This document shows, in pieces, positions 24,682 through 34,236 of a stretch of DNA of 36,015 nucleotides. This DNA comes from a virus (taxonomy: Duplodnaviria > Caudoviricetes), in IMG/VR virus record IMGVR_UViG_3300049140_000034, positions 1-36,015 of that record; one strand, 5' to 3'. The notes under the pieces were generated by a model. It ran no database searches, was not told the DNA's origin, and saw only the letters and a program-made list of their open reading frames with translations. Each line of letters opens with the position of its first letter. Position 1 is the first letter of the stretch. Both the position numbers and the translations under genes were made by a program.

Positions 24682-26970
24682 TTAGCTGCCGAATGCCTTC
24701 TGCACGTCGCCGCCACCAACGTCGGCGACGACCTCGCGGAACAGGCGGACGATGGCCTGCGGGCCGTCGAGGGTGACGCGCACGTTGACCTGCGCGGCGG
24801 ACGCTGCCGTCGCCCCCGATGCCCCGGCGCCGAAGCGCGATGCTCCGGGCATGGCGAGAGCCGGGTCGACGAGGTCGCGCATCGTGGCGTCCAGCACGCC
24901 GCGGTTGTCCTCGGCGCCCTGGGCGATTCCCGGCGGAATCCAGTGGCCAACCTCGTCCGCCAGCAGCTTCGAGGGCGAGCCGATGTCGAGGGCATCCGCG
25001 ATCGGGCCCGGGATGTAGTCCCTCACGAAGCCCGCGAGCTGTCCGGCCAGCCACGACCCCATGCCCTTGATGCCATTCCACAGACCGCGGACCACGTCCA
25101 TGCCCTTGTTGTAGAGCAGGCTCCCCAGGTTGCCGACGGCCGCGACGGTCCGCCCCGGGAGGCGTCCCACCCAGGAGATGAACTCGACGGCCTTGTTCAC
25201 GCTCGCGGTTTTGAAGCGCTGCCATCCTGTGGCGGCCGCGCCCGCCAGCCTGCTGCCGAGGCTGGACAGACCGAGGATCGTGCGGCCTGGCAGCGCCGTC
25301 ACGGAGCCCATCCACGCGTCCCACTGACGGCCGACCGGACCGGACACGTACCTGCTCCACAGCCCGCCGAACCAGACGCCGATGGCGAGGCCGAGCGTGG
25401 TGAAGGTCTGGCCCGCCTCGCCCGCCTTGGTGCCGACCCAGCCGGTGAAGGAGTCCCACCACTCGGGCAGCTTCTCGCCCGTGGCGGTGACCAGCTCCGA
25501 GACGAACCCGCCGATGACCAGGAACGCGGTGGCGCCGATCGCTCCGGCGACAAGCATCGGCAGAGCGACCAGGGCCATGACCAGCGCTCCGGCGATCACG
25601 GCGATCTTGAAGACCTGCGCGGGGTTCGCCATCGCATAGTCGGCCATCTTCTGGCCGAACCCGGTCAGCGCCTCGACGGCCTTCGGCGCGAACTCAATGG
25701 CCTTGTCGACGAGCCGCTGCCCGAGCGTCTGGAAGAAGGCGACGATCCGGTCCGCGCCCTCGGCGCCGCCCGCGCCGGCCTCGTCCCAGATGCTGCCGAA
25801 CACGTCCTGGAACCGGGCCTTGAAGTCGACGACCGCAGGGATCGCGGTGCCGCCGAGGAAGTCCACCAGGTTCTGCTGCAGGCCCCGCTTGAACGCCTCG
25901 ACCTTGGTGCCGGCGTTGTCGCGCAGGGTCTCGCCCGCCCGCTTCGCCGCACCCTCGAAGTCGTCCATGCTGCCGGACGCGCCCTTGAGCGACTTCAGGA
26001 AGTCGGGGATGTCCTTGACGTTGAGGTCCTCAAGCGGCGTGCCGAAGAGGGCGATCGCGGTGTTGGCCTGGTCGGCGGGGTCCTTGATGTTGAGCAGACC
26101 GTCGATGATCTTCTGTGTGGCGCCCTTGGCGGAGTCGCCTCCCGCGAGGATGGCGTTGGCCATCTCGTGCGCGTCCAGCTTGATCTTCTTGTAGGCGTCC
26201 TGGCTGGAGGTCGACATGTCGGTGGACAGGATCGTGAATTCCTTGATCGCGTCCCCGGCCTTGTCGATGCCGTACTCGCCCTTCTTGGACATGTCGACGA
26301 GGACCGAGAAAGCTTCCTGCCCGTTGAACCCCAAGGTCTTGAAGAACTGCCCGTACTCGTCGGCCGCGTCCAGGACGTTCTCCCGCAGCTGCGCGGGAAC
26401 CTTCTGCGCGGCGGTCGTCATCAGGTCGAACGCCTCGGTGGCGTCCTTGGCGAGCCCGGAGTTGATCGCGGTGCCCGCGCTCTGTGCGGCGCGGGTGACG
26501 TCGATGTCGAACGCCTCGGCGAAGTTCAGGGCCTCGGCGGTCGCTTCCTTCAGCTCGCCCTTGGAGGCGTCGGCCATGCCGTCGATGGACGTCATCACCG
26601 AGCCGACCGCCATGTTGACGGTCTCGAAGGAGTCGCCGTAGGCGTCGGCGAACAGCTCGCCCGCCGCGCCGCCGACGCGGGCAGACTCCTCCTTCGTCAG
26701 GTCCAGCTGCGCCGCCAGCTTGCTGGACAGGCGGGACTGGTCCAGCGCCTCGGCGAACCCGGCGGCGACGATGACGCCCACCCCGACCATCGCCGCGGCC
26801 ACGCCGGCCTTCAGGGTCTCGCCGAACCCTGCGCCCGCAGTGGCGCCGCCCTGCTCGACGTCGGCCGCCATCGCCGCCGATTCGTCCTGCACGGTCTCCC
26901 GGGCGTCGCGCATGCCCTCGCCGGTGTCGTTCCGGGCGGACAGGGCGAAGACGAGACTGGTGTCCGACAT
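24682..26970 (-). CDS. Tape measure protein
   Basis: 762 aa Ala/Gly-rich helical protein, DKAGDAIKEF minor-tail motif, I.SPSK C-terminal motif; follows the chaperones. Confidence 0.93.
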   Translation of the reverse strand: MSDTSLVFALSARNDTGEGMRDARETVQDESAAMAADVEQGGATAGAGFGETLKAGVAAAMVGVGVIVAAGFAEALDQSRLSSKLAAQLDLTKEESARVGGAAGELFADAYGDSFETVNMAVGSVMTSIDGMADASKGELKEATAEALNFAEAFDIDVTRAAQSAGTAINSGLAKDATEAFDLMTTAAQKVPAQLRENVLDAADEYGQFFKTLGFNGQEAFSVLVDMSKKGEYGIDKAGDAIKEFTILSTDMSTSSQDAYKKIKLDAHEMANAILAGGDSAKGATQKIIDGLLNIKDPADQANTAIALFGTPLEDLNVKDIPDFLKSLKGASGSMDDFEGAAKRAGETLRDNAGTKVEAFKRGLQQNLVDFLGGTAIPAVVDFKARFQDVFGSIWDEAGAGGAEGADRIVAFFQTLGQRLVDKAIEFAPKAVEALTGFGQKMADYAMANPAQVFKIAVIAGALVMALVALPMLVAGAIGATAFLVIGGFVSELVTATGEKLPEWWDSFTGWVGTKAGEAGQTFTTLGLAIGVWFGGLWSRYVSGPVGRQWDAWMGSVTALPGRTILGLSSLGSRLAGAAATGWQRFKTASVNKAVEFISWVGRLPGRTVAAVGNLGSLLYNKGMDVVRGLWNGIKGMGSWLAGQLAGFVRDYIPGPIADALDIGSPSKLLADEVGHWIPPGIAQGAEDNRGVLDATMRDLVDPALAMPGASRFGAGASGATAASAAQVNVRVTLDGPQAIVRLFREVVADVGGGDVQKAFGS

Positions 26971-26982
26971 CGGCCCCCCTCT

Positions 26983-27156
26983 CTACCGCGACTTGCGGGC
27001 GTTCTTCTCCATCTGCGCCGAGTACTCCTCCAGCCAGGCGAGGAGGTGGTCCTCCTCCTCGACCCTCAGCAGGTCCCAGTCGCGGGGGGTCATGTTCAGC
27101 ACGTGGGCGGCGGTGCCGAGCTGCTTCAGGCGGCGAAGGGCAGCCGGGCTTTTCCC
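26983..27156 (-). CDS. Tail assembly chaperone, -1 frameshift extension (G-T type)
   Basis: Open -1 frame GKSPAALRRLKQ...KSR entered at the slippery site. Confidence 0.8.
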   Translation of the reverse strand, partial: GKSPAALRRLKQLGTAAHVLNMTPRDWDLLRVEEEDHLLAWLEEYSAQMEKNARKSR

Positions 27157-27521
27157 TCGCCGTCGTCCTCCGGCGCCTGCTCGCGCTGCTTGAGCATGGC
27201 CTCGATCGTGTTCTCGTTGCCGCCCTTCTCCTGCAGCTTGGCCACGGCCAGGTCCAGCTCGCCCTTGGTCATCTCGACCGTGAGTTCGTCCCACGCGAAG
27301 TCGACGTCGTCGAGGCGGAGCGTCGGGTGCTGCCGCTTCAGCAGGACGTGCAGCAGCGCCCGACGGCACCGCGAGTCTCCCTTCAGCACGCCCATGGCGA
27401 AGTCGCTGAAGCTCCGACCGGTGACCTTCTCCAGCGCCTCGCGCTCGACCGACATCAGCTTGTTCGGGTTGTAGTCGAAGACCTGCGGCTCGCCGTCTTC
27501 GGGGGTGTACGTGACCTTCAA
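27126..27521 (-). CDS. Tail assembly chaperone
   Basis: Position before tape measure; ends ...GEGKARLPFAA across the slippery site. Confidence 0.88.
   Translation of the reverse strand: MKVTYTPEDGEPQVFDYNPNKLMSVEREALEKVTGRSFSDFAMGVLKGDSRCRRALLHVLLKRQHPTLRLDDVDFAWDELTVEMTKGELDLAVAKLQEKGGNENTIEAMLKQREQAPEDDGEGKARLPFAA
27150..27156 (-). other. Programmed -1 frameshift site G GGA AAA
   Basis: In-frame X XXY YYZ heptamer near the chaperone 3' end. Confidence 0.85.
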
Positions 27522-27543
27522 GGTGACCGCCTCTGCGATGAGT

Positions 27544-28056
27544 TCAGGTGGACCGGGACGCGATCCGGTTGACCATGTCGGCCAGGGCCGACTTCACAGC
27601 GTGCTCGTACTGGTTCCGTCGCCCCTCGAACGCGTGGTCGAACCAGCGGACCTTGCCGGTCTGCTGGATCCACACCTCGCGGTTGCCGTAGACCGGGTGC
27701 CGCCAGCCCGACGCGCGGTTCGTGCGCTTGGCGGCGTTGGCGAAGCCACGCACGTTCGGCGTCTTGAACGCCTTGATCTTGGCGCCGGGGAACTTGCCGG
27801 AGATCCGCACCTCAGGCCTGATCTTCCGGGCGATCGACGACTTCAGGGCCGGGCCGCCATGAGGGGTCGCGGACCCCATCGACATGATGTTGCTCTTCGC
27901 CTGCACGGCCCCCGGCTTCAGCGCCTCCCGCATGTTGCGCGTCAACTCTTTGCGCAGCTCCTTGCCGTCCTCCTCGGTCCGCAGCGCACGGGAGATGTTC
28001 CGCAGGTTCTGCGGCGTGAGCTGCAAGTTGAGCGAGGCCCGCGAGCCGGCGGCCAT
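27544..28056 (-). CDS. Tail completion/neck protein (HK97 gp10-like)
   Basis: Basic protein with WRHPVYG...W..Q motif; tail operon position. Confidence 0.75.
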   Translation of the reverse strand: MAAGSRASLNLQLTPQNLRNISRALRTEEDGKELRKELTRNMREALKPGAVQAKSNIMSMGSATPHGGPALKSSIARKIRPEVRISGKFPGAKIKAFKTPNVRGFANAAKRTNRASGWRHPVYGNREVWIQQTGKVRWFDHAFEGRRNQYEHAVKSALADMVNRIASRST

Positions 28057-28466
28057 CAGGAGGTCGCCCGGGTCACGGCTCCCGAGGTCGGGAACCCCTG
28101 GCTGACGGTGGCCTCGTCACCGACCGACCCGGTGATCGGGCTCCAGCCGGTGATCAGGATGTTGCCGGTGTACTTCGGGTTGGACGTGCCGACGGCGGAC
28201 TGATCGGCCCGCACCTCGAAAGGAACGACCTGGCCCAGCAGCGGCCACATGATGGCGTCCAGCTTCGTGGCGGCGAAGTCCTGGAGGAACTCGCAGCCCA
28301 GCTCTGCCGACTTGATGCCGCCGAGGACTTCCTTCCACCCCAGGCTGGCGTAGTTGGTCACGTCCTTCTCTTCCACCTCGACCGTGAGTTCGGCCTTCTT
28401 GGTGTACTCGTTCAGGACGTTGGCGTTGATGGACAGGTACTCCGCTGTCAGAACCATCTTGGGCAC
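28056..28466 (-). CDS. Major tail tube protein (136 aa)
   Basis: AAGGAGG RBS before GTG 28466; DVT.Y...GW.E..GG and NP.YTG motifs. Confidence 0.85.
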   Translation of the reverse strand: MPKMVLTAEYLSINANVLNEYTKKAELTVEVEEKDVTNYASLGWKEVLGGIKSAELGCEFLQDFAATKLDAIMWPLLGQVVPFEVRADQSAVGTSNPKYTGNILITGWSPITGSVGDEATVSQGFPTSGAVTRATS

Positions 28467-28485
28467 GACGGGCCCTCCTTTCAGG

Positions 28486-28512
28486 GCATGACGAAGGGCC
28501 CGCATGCGGGCC
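28486..28512 (-). terminator. Hairpin between the tail-tube paralogues
   Basis: Palindrome GGCCCGCATGCGGGCC (28497-28512) followed on the minus strand by CTTCGTCATGC. Confidence 0.5.
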
Positions 28513-28529
28513 AGAGGTCGAGCAGGGGG

Positions 28530-29267
28530 TTACTGGATGCCGAGCGCGCCGGCGAACAGGAACGACGGCGTGGTGCCGGAGATGGTCCACGCCAGACGCC
28601 ACCACGTGTCGGTGATGGCGGTGCCGTCGGTGCGCAGGATCTGCCCGCCCACCGCGGTGGCCGCGCCGAACGTCAGCCGCGTGGTGGCCGACGAGAACCC
28701 GGAGTTGTCGTCGGACTCCACCCGGGCGGTGATGGACGGCGTGGTGCCCGCCACGGACAGCACGTGCAGCGTGGCGTACAGCCGCCTGCCCGCCGCGACC
28801 GCGCCGAGCTCCAGGCCGGTGCCCGTGCCGGTCGCGGTGCGGGCGGTGCCGGGCGGGTGGGCGAACTGCCCGCGCGCCACCGGCCAGGCCGACTTGGCGG
28901 TGCCGGTCCAGGGGGCGACCTCGCCGACCGCATCGAACAGCTTGTAGTCGGAGCGCAGCGCGCTGACCAGGTAGGCCAGGTCACCGACGGCCGCCGAGTT
29001 GTTCGCGCTGACCGACCAGGGTCCGATGCCGCCGAGCTGGCTCCAGCTCGCATCGTCGACCTTGGCCGGGTCGCCTGCTTCCCACTGCCCTTCGGCCGAC
29101 AGCTCCGCCGAGGCCAGGCCGCCGAGGACTTCGCCCCAGCCGTTCGAGGCGTAGTTCGTGGAGTCCTTCGATTCGACCTCCGCCGAGATCTCGACCTTGT
29201 TGGTGTTGCCCGTCAGGTCGGCCCCGACCGCGAAGCACCTGACGCTGGTGAGGATCGTCTTCGGCAC
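28530..29267 (-). CDS. Tail-tube paralogue with C-terminal extension
   Basis: N-terminal ~60 aa visibly similar to the 28056-28466 product. Confidence 0.8.
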   Translation of the reverse strand: MPKTILTSVRCFAVGADLTGNTNKVEISAEVESKDSTNYASNGWGEVLGGLASAELSAEGQWEAGDPAKVDDASWSQLGGIGPWSVSANNSAAVGDLAYLVSALRSDYKLFDAVGEVAPWTGTAKSAWPVARGQFAHPPGTARTATGTGTGLELGAVAAGRRLYATLHVLSVAGTTPSITARVESDDNSGFSSATTRLTFGAATAVGGQILRTDGTAITDTWWRLAWTISGTTPSFLFAGALGIQ

Positions 29268-29268
29268 G

Positions 29269-29466
29269 TCACCCCTCCCCCTCGTCTCGTGGCTTGCCGC
29301 GCCGCTTCGGCTTCGGCTCTGTCTCGGTGACTTCCTCGGCGACGCCGGACGCCACCAGGTGCGCGGCCTGCGCGGTGGGCAGGTCGATCTCCTCGCCCTC
29401 GTTCGGCCATGGCACCCCGTGGAGCATGGCGCCGGCGGGCTGCTGCTGAGTGATACGGATCCTCAT
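29269..29466 (-). CDS. Small virion-associated hypothetical protein
   Basis: GEEIDLP...A.HLV..G.AE pattern; GGAGG RBS. Confidence 0.75.
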   Translation of the reverse strand: MRIRITQQQPAGAMLHGVPWPNEGEEIDLPTAQAAHLVASGVAEEVTETEPKPKRRGKPRDEGEG

Positions 29467-29915
29467 CAGATGCCTCCTGGTCCGATGACTTTGATGACGA
29501 GTTCGGCGCCGACGAAGCTGGAACCCTGGTGTTCGTACCAGCGGTAGCCCTGCACGCGTTGCAACTGCAGGTCGTCAGCGAGGCCGCCCAGCGCCATCTG
29601 CCCGGGCGCACCCCGAGCCGCCTCGATCGCGGCCTTCAAGGACGATGCCCCTGCCCCGGACAGCATGGCGTCCAGGACGCGTTGGGAGGACCGGTCATCC
29701 GCGCGGCCGGCGAACACGCGGCAGGTGAACAGCAACTCGTCGGTGCCGCGCCCCATCGACTTGTCGTAGTTGACGTCGACCTCGCCGACGGAGAAGCACG
29801 GGGCGACGATCGAATCGGGCACGTAGCCGGTGCACGTCAGCTTCCCGATACCGGCGGGCAGCACGACCTCGCGGGCCGCGTCCGCGATGGCATCCCGGAT
29901 CGCAGAGATCTGCAC
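29466..29915 (-). CDS. Tail terminator-like protein
   Basis: Position after the head-tail adaptor; ~150 aa. Confidence 0.7.
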   Translation of the reverse strand: MQISAIRDAIADAAREVVLPAGIGKLTCTGYVPDSIVAPCFSVGEVDVNYDKSMGRGTDELLFTCRVFAGRADDRSSQRVLDAMLSGAGASSLKAAIEAARGAPGQMALGGLADDLQLQRVQGYRWYEHQGSSFVGAELVIKVIGPGGI

Positions 29916-29924
29916 GGCCGCCCC

Positions 29925-30521
29925 CTATCCGAAGCCGGGAAGGATGTACGGCTCGATCAGCGCCCACACGTCCGGGTCGCGGCGGGACAGGTTCCGCACG
30001 CCCCACTCGGCGCTGCCGATGATCCCCTCGGGGGAGTCCTTGCGCTTGTACAGCCGCGAGGCCTGGATGAGCGCCGCCTCGGTGATGTCGTCCGGCACGG
30101 CCGGCCACCCGAAGCGGGCAGTCACGCGCACGCGGGTGGTCGCCGTGCCCCAGCTTCCCAGGACGCGGAGCAGGCCGGTGATGGGTTTGCCGTCCGCCAG
30201 GGCGTTGTCGGGGCTCGTCTCGTAGCCGGTGACGGCTGTGAACGAGGCGCCCGATCCGGTCTCGACGACCAGGCCCGTGATACTGCCGATGTCGTCGACG
30301 AGGAGGAGGTCTCCGTCGTCCTCGCGCACCACGCGCCCGGGCAGCCGGAACGTGCGCTGTACGGCCGCAGGGTCCAGCCAGAAGCGGCGCCCGCAGGTCT
30401 TGTCGATACCTCGCGACGCCGACGCCAGCGCCGAAGTCAGCAGCGCGTCCCGGGTGGTGTCGTCTGTCTCGATGCCGAGCTTGGACTTCAGCGCGGCGAG
30501 GGTGCCGTACTCGTTGGCCAC
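29925..30521 (-). CDS. Head-tail adaptor (gp6/gp15-like)
   Basis: Y.TLA.LK..L, ASR.ID..CGR.F and GW..VP.DI..A motifs; start at GTG 30521. Confidence 0.85.
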   Translation of the reverse strand: MANEYGTLAALKSKLGIETDDTTRDALLTSALASASRGIDKTCGRRFWLDPAAVQRTFRLPGRVVREDDGDLLLVDDIGSITGLVVETGSGASFTAVTGYETSPDNALADGKPITGLLRVLGSWGTATTRVRVTARFGWPAVPDDITEAALIQASRLYKRKDSPEGIIGSAEWGVRNLSRRDPDVWALIEPYILPGFG

Positions 30522-30522
30522 G

Positions 30523-30741
30523 TCACGCCTGCTCGGTGCTCCGGGCCCGGCGGCCCTTCGGCGGTGTCGAAGGCGAAGCGGGCGCGCTGGTCTTCTCGTC
30601 GGTCGGCGGCTTGTGGCCGCGCAGCTTGAGCTGCTCGTCGACCTGGGCGACACGGTCGCCCATGCCGCGCTGCACGTACCCCTCGCGCTCGCGCAGGAGG
30701 GCGGCGACCATCGGGTCCTCGGTCTGCGGTTCGTCGGTCAT
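30523..30741 (-). CDS. Small hypothetical protein after capsid
   Basis: AGGAG RBS; ALLRER.GY motif. Confidence 0.75.
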   Translation of the reverse strand: MTDEPQTEDPMVAALLREREGYVQRGMGDRVAQVDEQLKLRGHKPPTDEKTSAPASPSTPPKGRRARSTEQA

Positions 30742-30769
30742 TGCTTCGCTCCTGCCGTGGGGTCGAACA

Positions 30770-30803
30770 CGCAGGGCCCGCCGGAGTCGAGGCGGGCCCT
30801 GCG
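30770..30803 (-). terminator. Hairpin after major capsid gene
   Basis: 13-bp stem CGCAGGGCCCGCC / GGCGGGCCCTGCG. Confidence 0.8.
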
Positions 30804-30814
30804 CGAGAGTGGGA

Positions 30815-32203
30815 TCAGACGCCGGTGAACGTCGGCGTGATCAGGCCGGTGCCCGCGATCTTCCGGGCGTGCGGCTGACGCTGGAAGGTGAAGGCGTAGT
30901 AGCCGTACACCACCATCAGGACGCCGAGGTTGGCGGCCTTGGGCTGCTCGGCGCGGATGTAGACCGGGGCGTCGGGGTCCTCCCACAGGTGGCACTCCTG
31001 CCGGTCCACGAGGTAGATCTCGTCCTCGTTGGTGCCCGCACCCAGGTTGGTCGCGATGTTGTTGTCGACGATGACCGGGGTGCCGTTCGGCAGGATGCCG
31101 CGCACACCGCGCCCGTATGCCTCGGCGTAGTTCGCGCCGAGGGTCTGCGCCACGACACCCGGCTGAGTGATCAGCGGGTACGAGCTACCCATGGCGTTCT
31201 GCATCCAGTACCAGCGACGGGAGTGCATGACGGCGAGGTTGTCGCCGGACGCCTGGTCCAGCAGCGCGGCCTCGACGCCCGACAGCCCTTCGATGACCTT
31301 GGGGTACAGCTCGGCCGTGGTCGGCGTGGCGTCGGTGTAGGCCACGGACGTGGCCACGTTTGTCAGACCCACCGTCGCCACGTTCAGGATGGTGTTGTCC
31401 AGGCGGCTGCCGTAGGCACGGAACAGGTCGTCGAGGATGACGTCCTCGACGCCGGCGCCCCGCTCGATGGACTGGCGGGACGCGGTCTGCTGGCCGGCCG
31501 CGGTACGGACCGGGATGGACAGCGCCGTGTCGTCCATGTCCTGCTCGGCGACCGCGGCATTCTCGGCCGACTGGTTGTCGACGCTGGACCCGGTGGTGAT
31601 CCGGGAGATCTCCACCGTCATGCCCGTGGGAGGCAGCGTGTGCTTCCGGCATGCGTCCGCGAACGGCCGGTTCGCGCGGGCCAGCGGTGCGTACATGTCG
31701 GTGAGGTACTGCGGGATGACCAGCCCGGTGAACGCGCCGGTCGCCACCGCACGGATCTGCTGCCCGCGCTCGGCGCGCTCCTCCTGCATGTGCCGGGCCA
31801 GTCGGGCCTGCGCCTCGTAGTCGCCGAGGAACGCGGCCCGGACGTCGAACTGGAAGGCCGCCCCGCGCTGGTCCTGGTCGGGCCGGTAGGTCCGCTCCTC
31901 CTGCCCGACGCGGTGCACCTGGTCGTAGGCCGGGGCACGGGTGGCGCCCGGGACGGTGCGAGCGGACAGGGCCGCGATCTCGTCCTCGCGGACCTGCTCC
32001 GCCTCCAGCCCTTCGAGCGCGGCCTGGCGGCGGGTGACCTCGGCGTCCGCCGCGTCGCGGGTGGCGACCCGTGCGGCGACCGCCTCCTCGGTCAGGGTCT
32101 CGTCGGAGCGCAGCGCCATCAGCGCGTCCTGCTCCTGCTGTCGTGCAGTGATCGCCGTGTCCAGCGCGGTGCGCGCCTGGGCGATCAGCTCGGCGAGAGT
32201 CAT
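30815..32203 (-). CDS. Major capsid protein, HK97 type with N-terminal scaffold (delta) domain
   Basis: Coiled-coil N-terminus, G.LVIPQY, G..I.GTPVIVD; GAGAGG RBS before ATG 32203. Confidence 0.92.
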   Translation of the reverse strand: MTLAELIAQARTALDTAITARQQEQDALMALRSDETLTEEAVAARVATRDAADAEVTRRQAALEGLEAEQVREDEIAALSARTVPGATRAPAYDQVHRVGQEERTYRPDQDQRGAAFQFDVRAAFLGDYEAQARLARHMQEERAERGQQIRAVATGAFTGLVIPQYLTDMYAPLARANRPFADACRKHTLPPTGMTVEISRITTGSSVDNQSAENAAVAEQDMDDTALSIPVRTAAGQQTASRQSIERGAGVEDVILDDLFRAYGSRLDNTILNVATVGLTNVATSVAYTDATPTTAELYPKVIEGLSGVEAALLDQASGDNLAVMHSRRWYWMQNAMGSSYPLITQPGVVAQTLGANYAEAYGRGVRGILPNGTPVIVDNNIATNLGAGTNEDEIYLVDRQECHLWEDPDAPVYIRAEQPKAANLGVLMVVYGYYAFTFQRQPHARKIAGTGLITPTFTGV

Positions 32204-32338
32204 CTCGTCGGTCCTCTCTCTCGTGATTACCAGGGCGCCCAGGTCCAGACAGACGGCCACCCGAGGCCGTGGCGCCGGGTGGTCTCGTGCGCGAAGAGCG
32301 CAGGGCAGTACTCCCGCCGGACGGCGGGAAGATCAGGG

Positions 32339-33013
32339 TCAGCGGGCGAGCGCGATCTCCAGCAGCGCGCGGGCCCGGCTCGACGTCGCCGCTACTGCGG
32401 GCTGCCGCAGCGCTGCGCCGGTGTGGGGGTTCGCGCCGTAGCCGACGATCGCGACGTCCCCGCGGTGGATGTCGTACCGGTTGATGCGGTACTCGGTGTA
32501 GTCCGGGGACCACTGGCCCGACTCGATGCGGAACGCGAACGACATCTCGTCCACCAGGCCGGCGCGCAGCTTCGGCGCGATGTACGCGACGTCGTAGTCC
32601 GCAGGGTCCAGGGCGGGCGCACGCACCGACAGCCCGTTCGCGTCCTCGACGAGGAACAGCGTGCCGGTGGTGGTGCGGGCCAGGCGGCGCAGCTGGTCGT
32701 GTCCGAGGACGAGCGGGACGTCGAGGTCGGCGCGGGCGAGCGAGTCGGAGCCCGCGCCCTCGGTGACGATCTCGGTGTACGGGCCGAACATGTCCCACAT
32801 CTCGTAGGCCTGCTCGTACACCGTGGCGTGCCCGAGGAACTCCAGGCCGGCGCCCCCGTCGGCCTCGCGCAGCTGCACGCCGGACAGCCGGGCGCGCACG
32901 GCGGCACGGGACCCGGTCTGCTCGGCGCTGCGCCGCTGAGAGGGACGGTCACGGCGCGCGGTGGTGTGCTGTGCCCGTTCGGCCGCTGCAGCCGCGAGCG
33001 CGGGTGTGGTCAT
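32339..33013 (-). CDS. HK97-family prohead protease
   Basis: GHATVY, E....GA, L..HD, MSFAF and V.IV.Y.ANP motifs. Confidence 0.93.
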   Translation of the reverse strand: MTTPALAAAAAERAQHTTARRDRPSQRRSAEQTGSRAAVRARLSGVQLREADGGAGLEFLGHATVYEQAYEMWDMFGPYTEIVTEGAGSDSLARADLDVPLVLGHDQLRRLARTTTGTLFLVEDANGLSVRAPALDPADYDVAYIAPKLRAGLVDEMSFAFRIESGQWSPDYTEYRINRYDIHRGDVAIVGYGANPHTGAALRQPAVAATSSRARALLEIALAR

Positions 33014-34224
33014 GGCGTAGCTCCCGGTACGACGGTCGTGGGTTGCGCGGGGACGGACCGCGAGCCGAACAGCCGGTCGAACTCGGCGAGCTGGTCCTCG
33101 GTGAAGGGCGGCAGGTTGTCCAGCGCCCGCGCCTCGGACGGGGCGAGCGTCCGGTTGGTGATGCGCTGCCCGATCGTGCGGGCACGGGCCTCGGGGTCCA
33201 TCCGCAGCAGCGCATCCGTGTTGAGCTTCACGAACCGCGGGCCCGACACGAGCTTGCGGCTGAACGCGTCCTCGCGGCGGCCCACCGCCGGCCCCAGATT
33301 CATGATGAGGAACTGGAGGTTGCGCTGGCCGATGTTGGCGTAGGTGACGCTGCTGCCCGACACCGCAACGTCGATCAGGTCGCCCGGGCAGCCGAAGAAC
33401 CGGGCGATGTCCTGGGCCCCGTACTGGCGGGCCTCGAGGAACGAGGACTGTGACGCTACGGCCTGGATCGGCTTGTACTCCCAGTCCTGGCCGTGGACGA
33501 ACAGGCCGGAGCTGTCGACTGCGGCGCGGAAGTTCTCGCGTGCCACCCGGGCGGCATCCTTGTCGACGGTCTTCGCGGTGTTCTTCAACTCGGCCAGCGG
33601 CACGGCCCCGCCGGCGAACCAGTCACGGGCGAACTGCTGCGCGGACAGCGTCTCCTCGATCGTCCACGCCGCGTAGGCCACGGGCGACAGGCCCAGCGGC
33701 ATGCCCGCCACGGTGTACTGCTTCTCGTGCCAGATCTCCCACGGCTCGTACTCCTTGCCGTGGATGACGAACTTGGTGATCGTCGAACCCTTGCCGCGGA
33801 CCGTGACCGCGCCGAGCTCCACCAGGTCGATGCGCCCGGGCAGGCCGCGCCCGTCCGGGCCGATGACCCCGGTCCGCTCGGTGATGATCCCGAAGCAGTT
33901 GCCGCCCCGGTCCAGGTCGAACTCCGTGGAGTAGACCCACTCCTTGATGCCGACCTCGATGCCGCCCGGGGAGACCAGGACGGGAGGCTTGGGGACCTCG
34001 ACCTGAATGCCGTTGACGTACCGGTAGACGTCGATCGGGAAGGACGACATCAGGTCGGCGCGCAGGCGCAGGCACGCCCACACCGCTGCGTTCCGCAGGG
34101 CCGTGTCGTTCGTGACGTGCACCCTGTTGGTGCGCCCCTCACGAGTCCGCGTGAGCAGATCCTCTGCGGAGGTGATCTGCGCGTCGCGGGTGAACGCGCC
34201 TTTCAGCCTGGACCAGGCGCCCAT
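33010..34224 (-). CDS. HK97-family portal protein
   Basis: AVWAC..L.AD, GLSP, IARFFG.P and EAR..DNLPP motifs. Confidence 0.95.
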   Translation of the reverse strand: MGAWSRLKGAFTRDAQITSAEDLLTRTREGRTNRVHVTNDTALRNAAVWACLRLRADLMSSFPIDVYRYVNGIQVEVPKPPVLVSPGGIEVGIKEWVYSTEFDLDRGGNCFGIITERTGVIGPDGRGLPGRIDLVELGAVTVRGKGSTITKFVIHGKEYEPWEIWHEKQYTVAGMPLGLSPVAYAAWTIEETLSAQQFARDWFAGGAVPLAELKNTAKTVDKDAARVARENFRAAVDSSGLFVHGQDWEYKPIQAVASQSSFLEARQYGAQDIARFFGCPGDLIDVAVSGSSVTYANIGQRNLQFLIMNLGPAVGRREDAFSRKLVSGPRFVKLNTDALLRMDPEARARTIGQRITNRTLAPSEARALDNLPPFTEDQLAEFDRLFGSRSVPAQPTTVVPGATP

Positions 34225-34236
34225 GTCCACCTCCCT

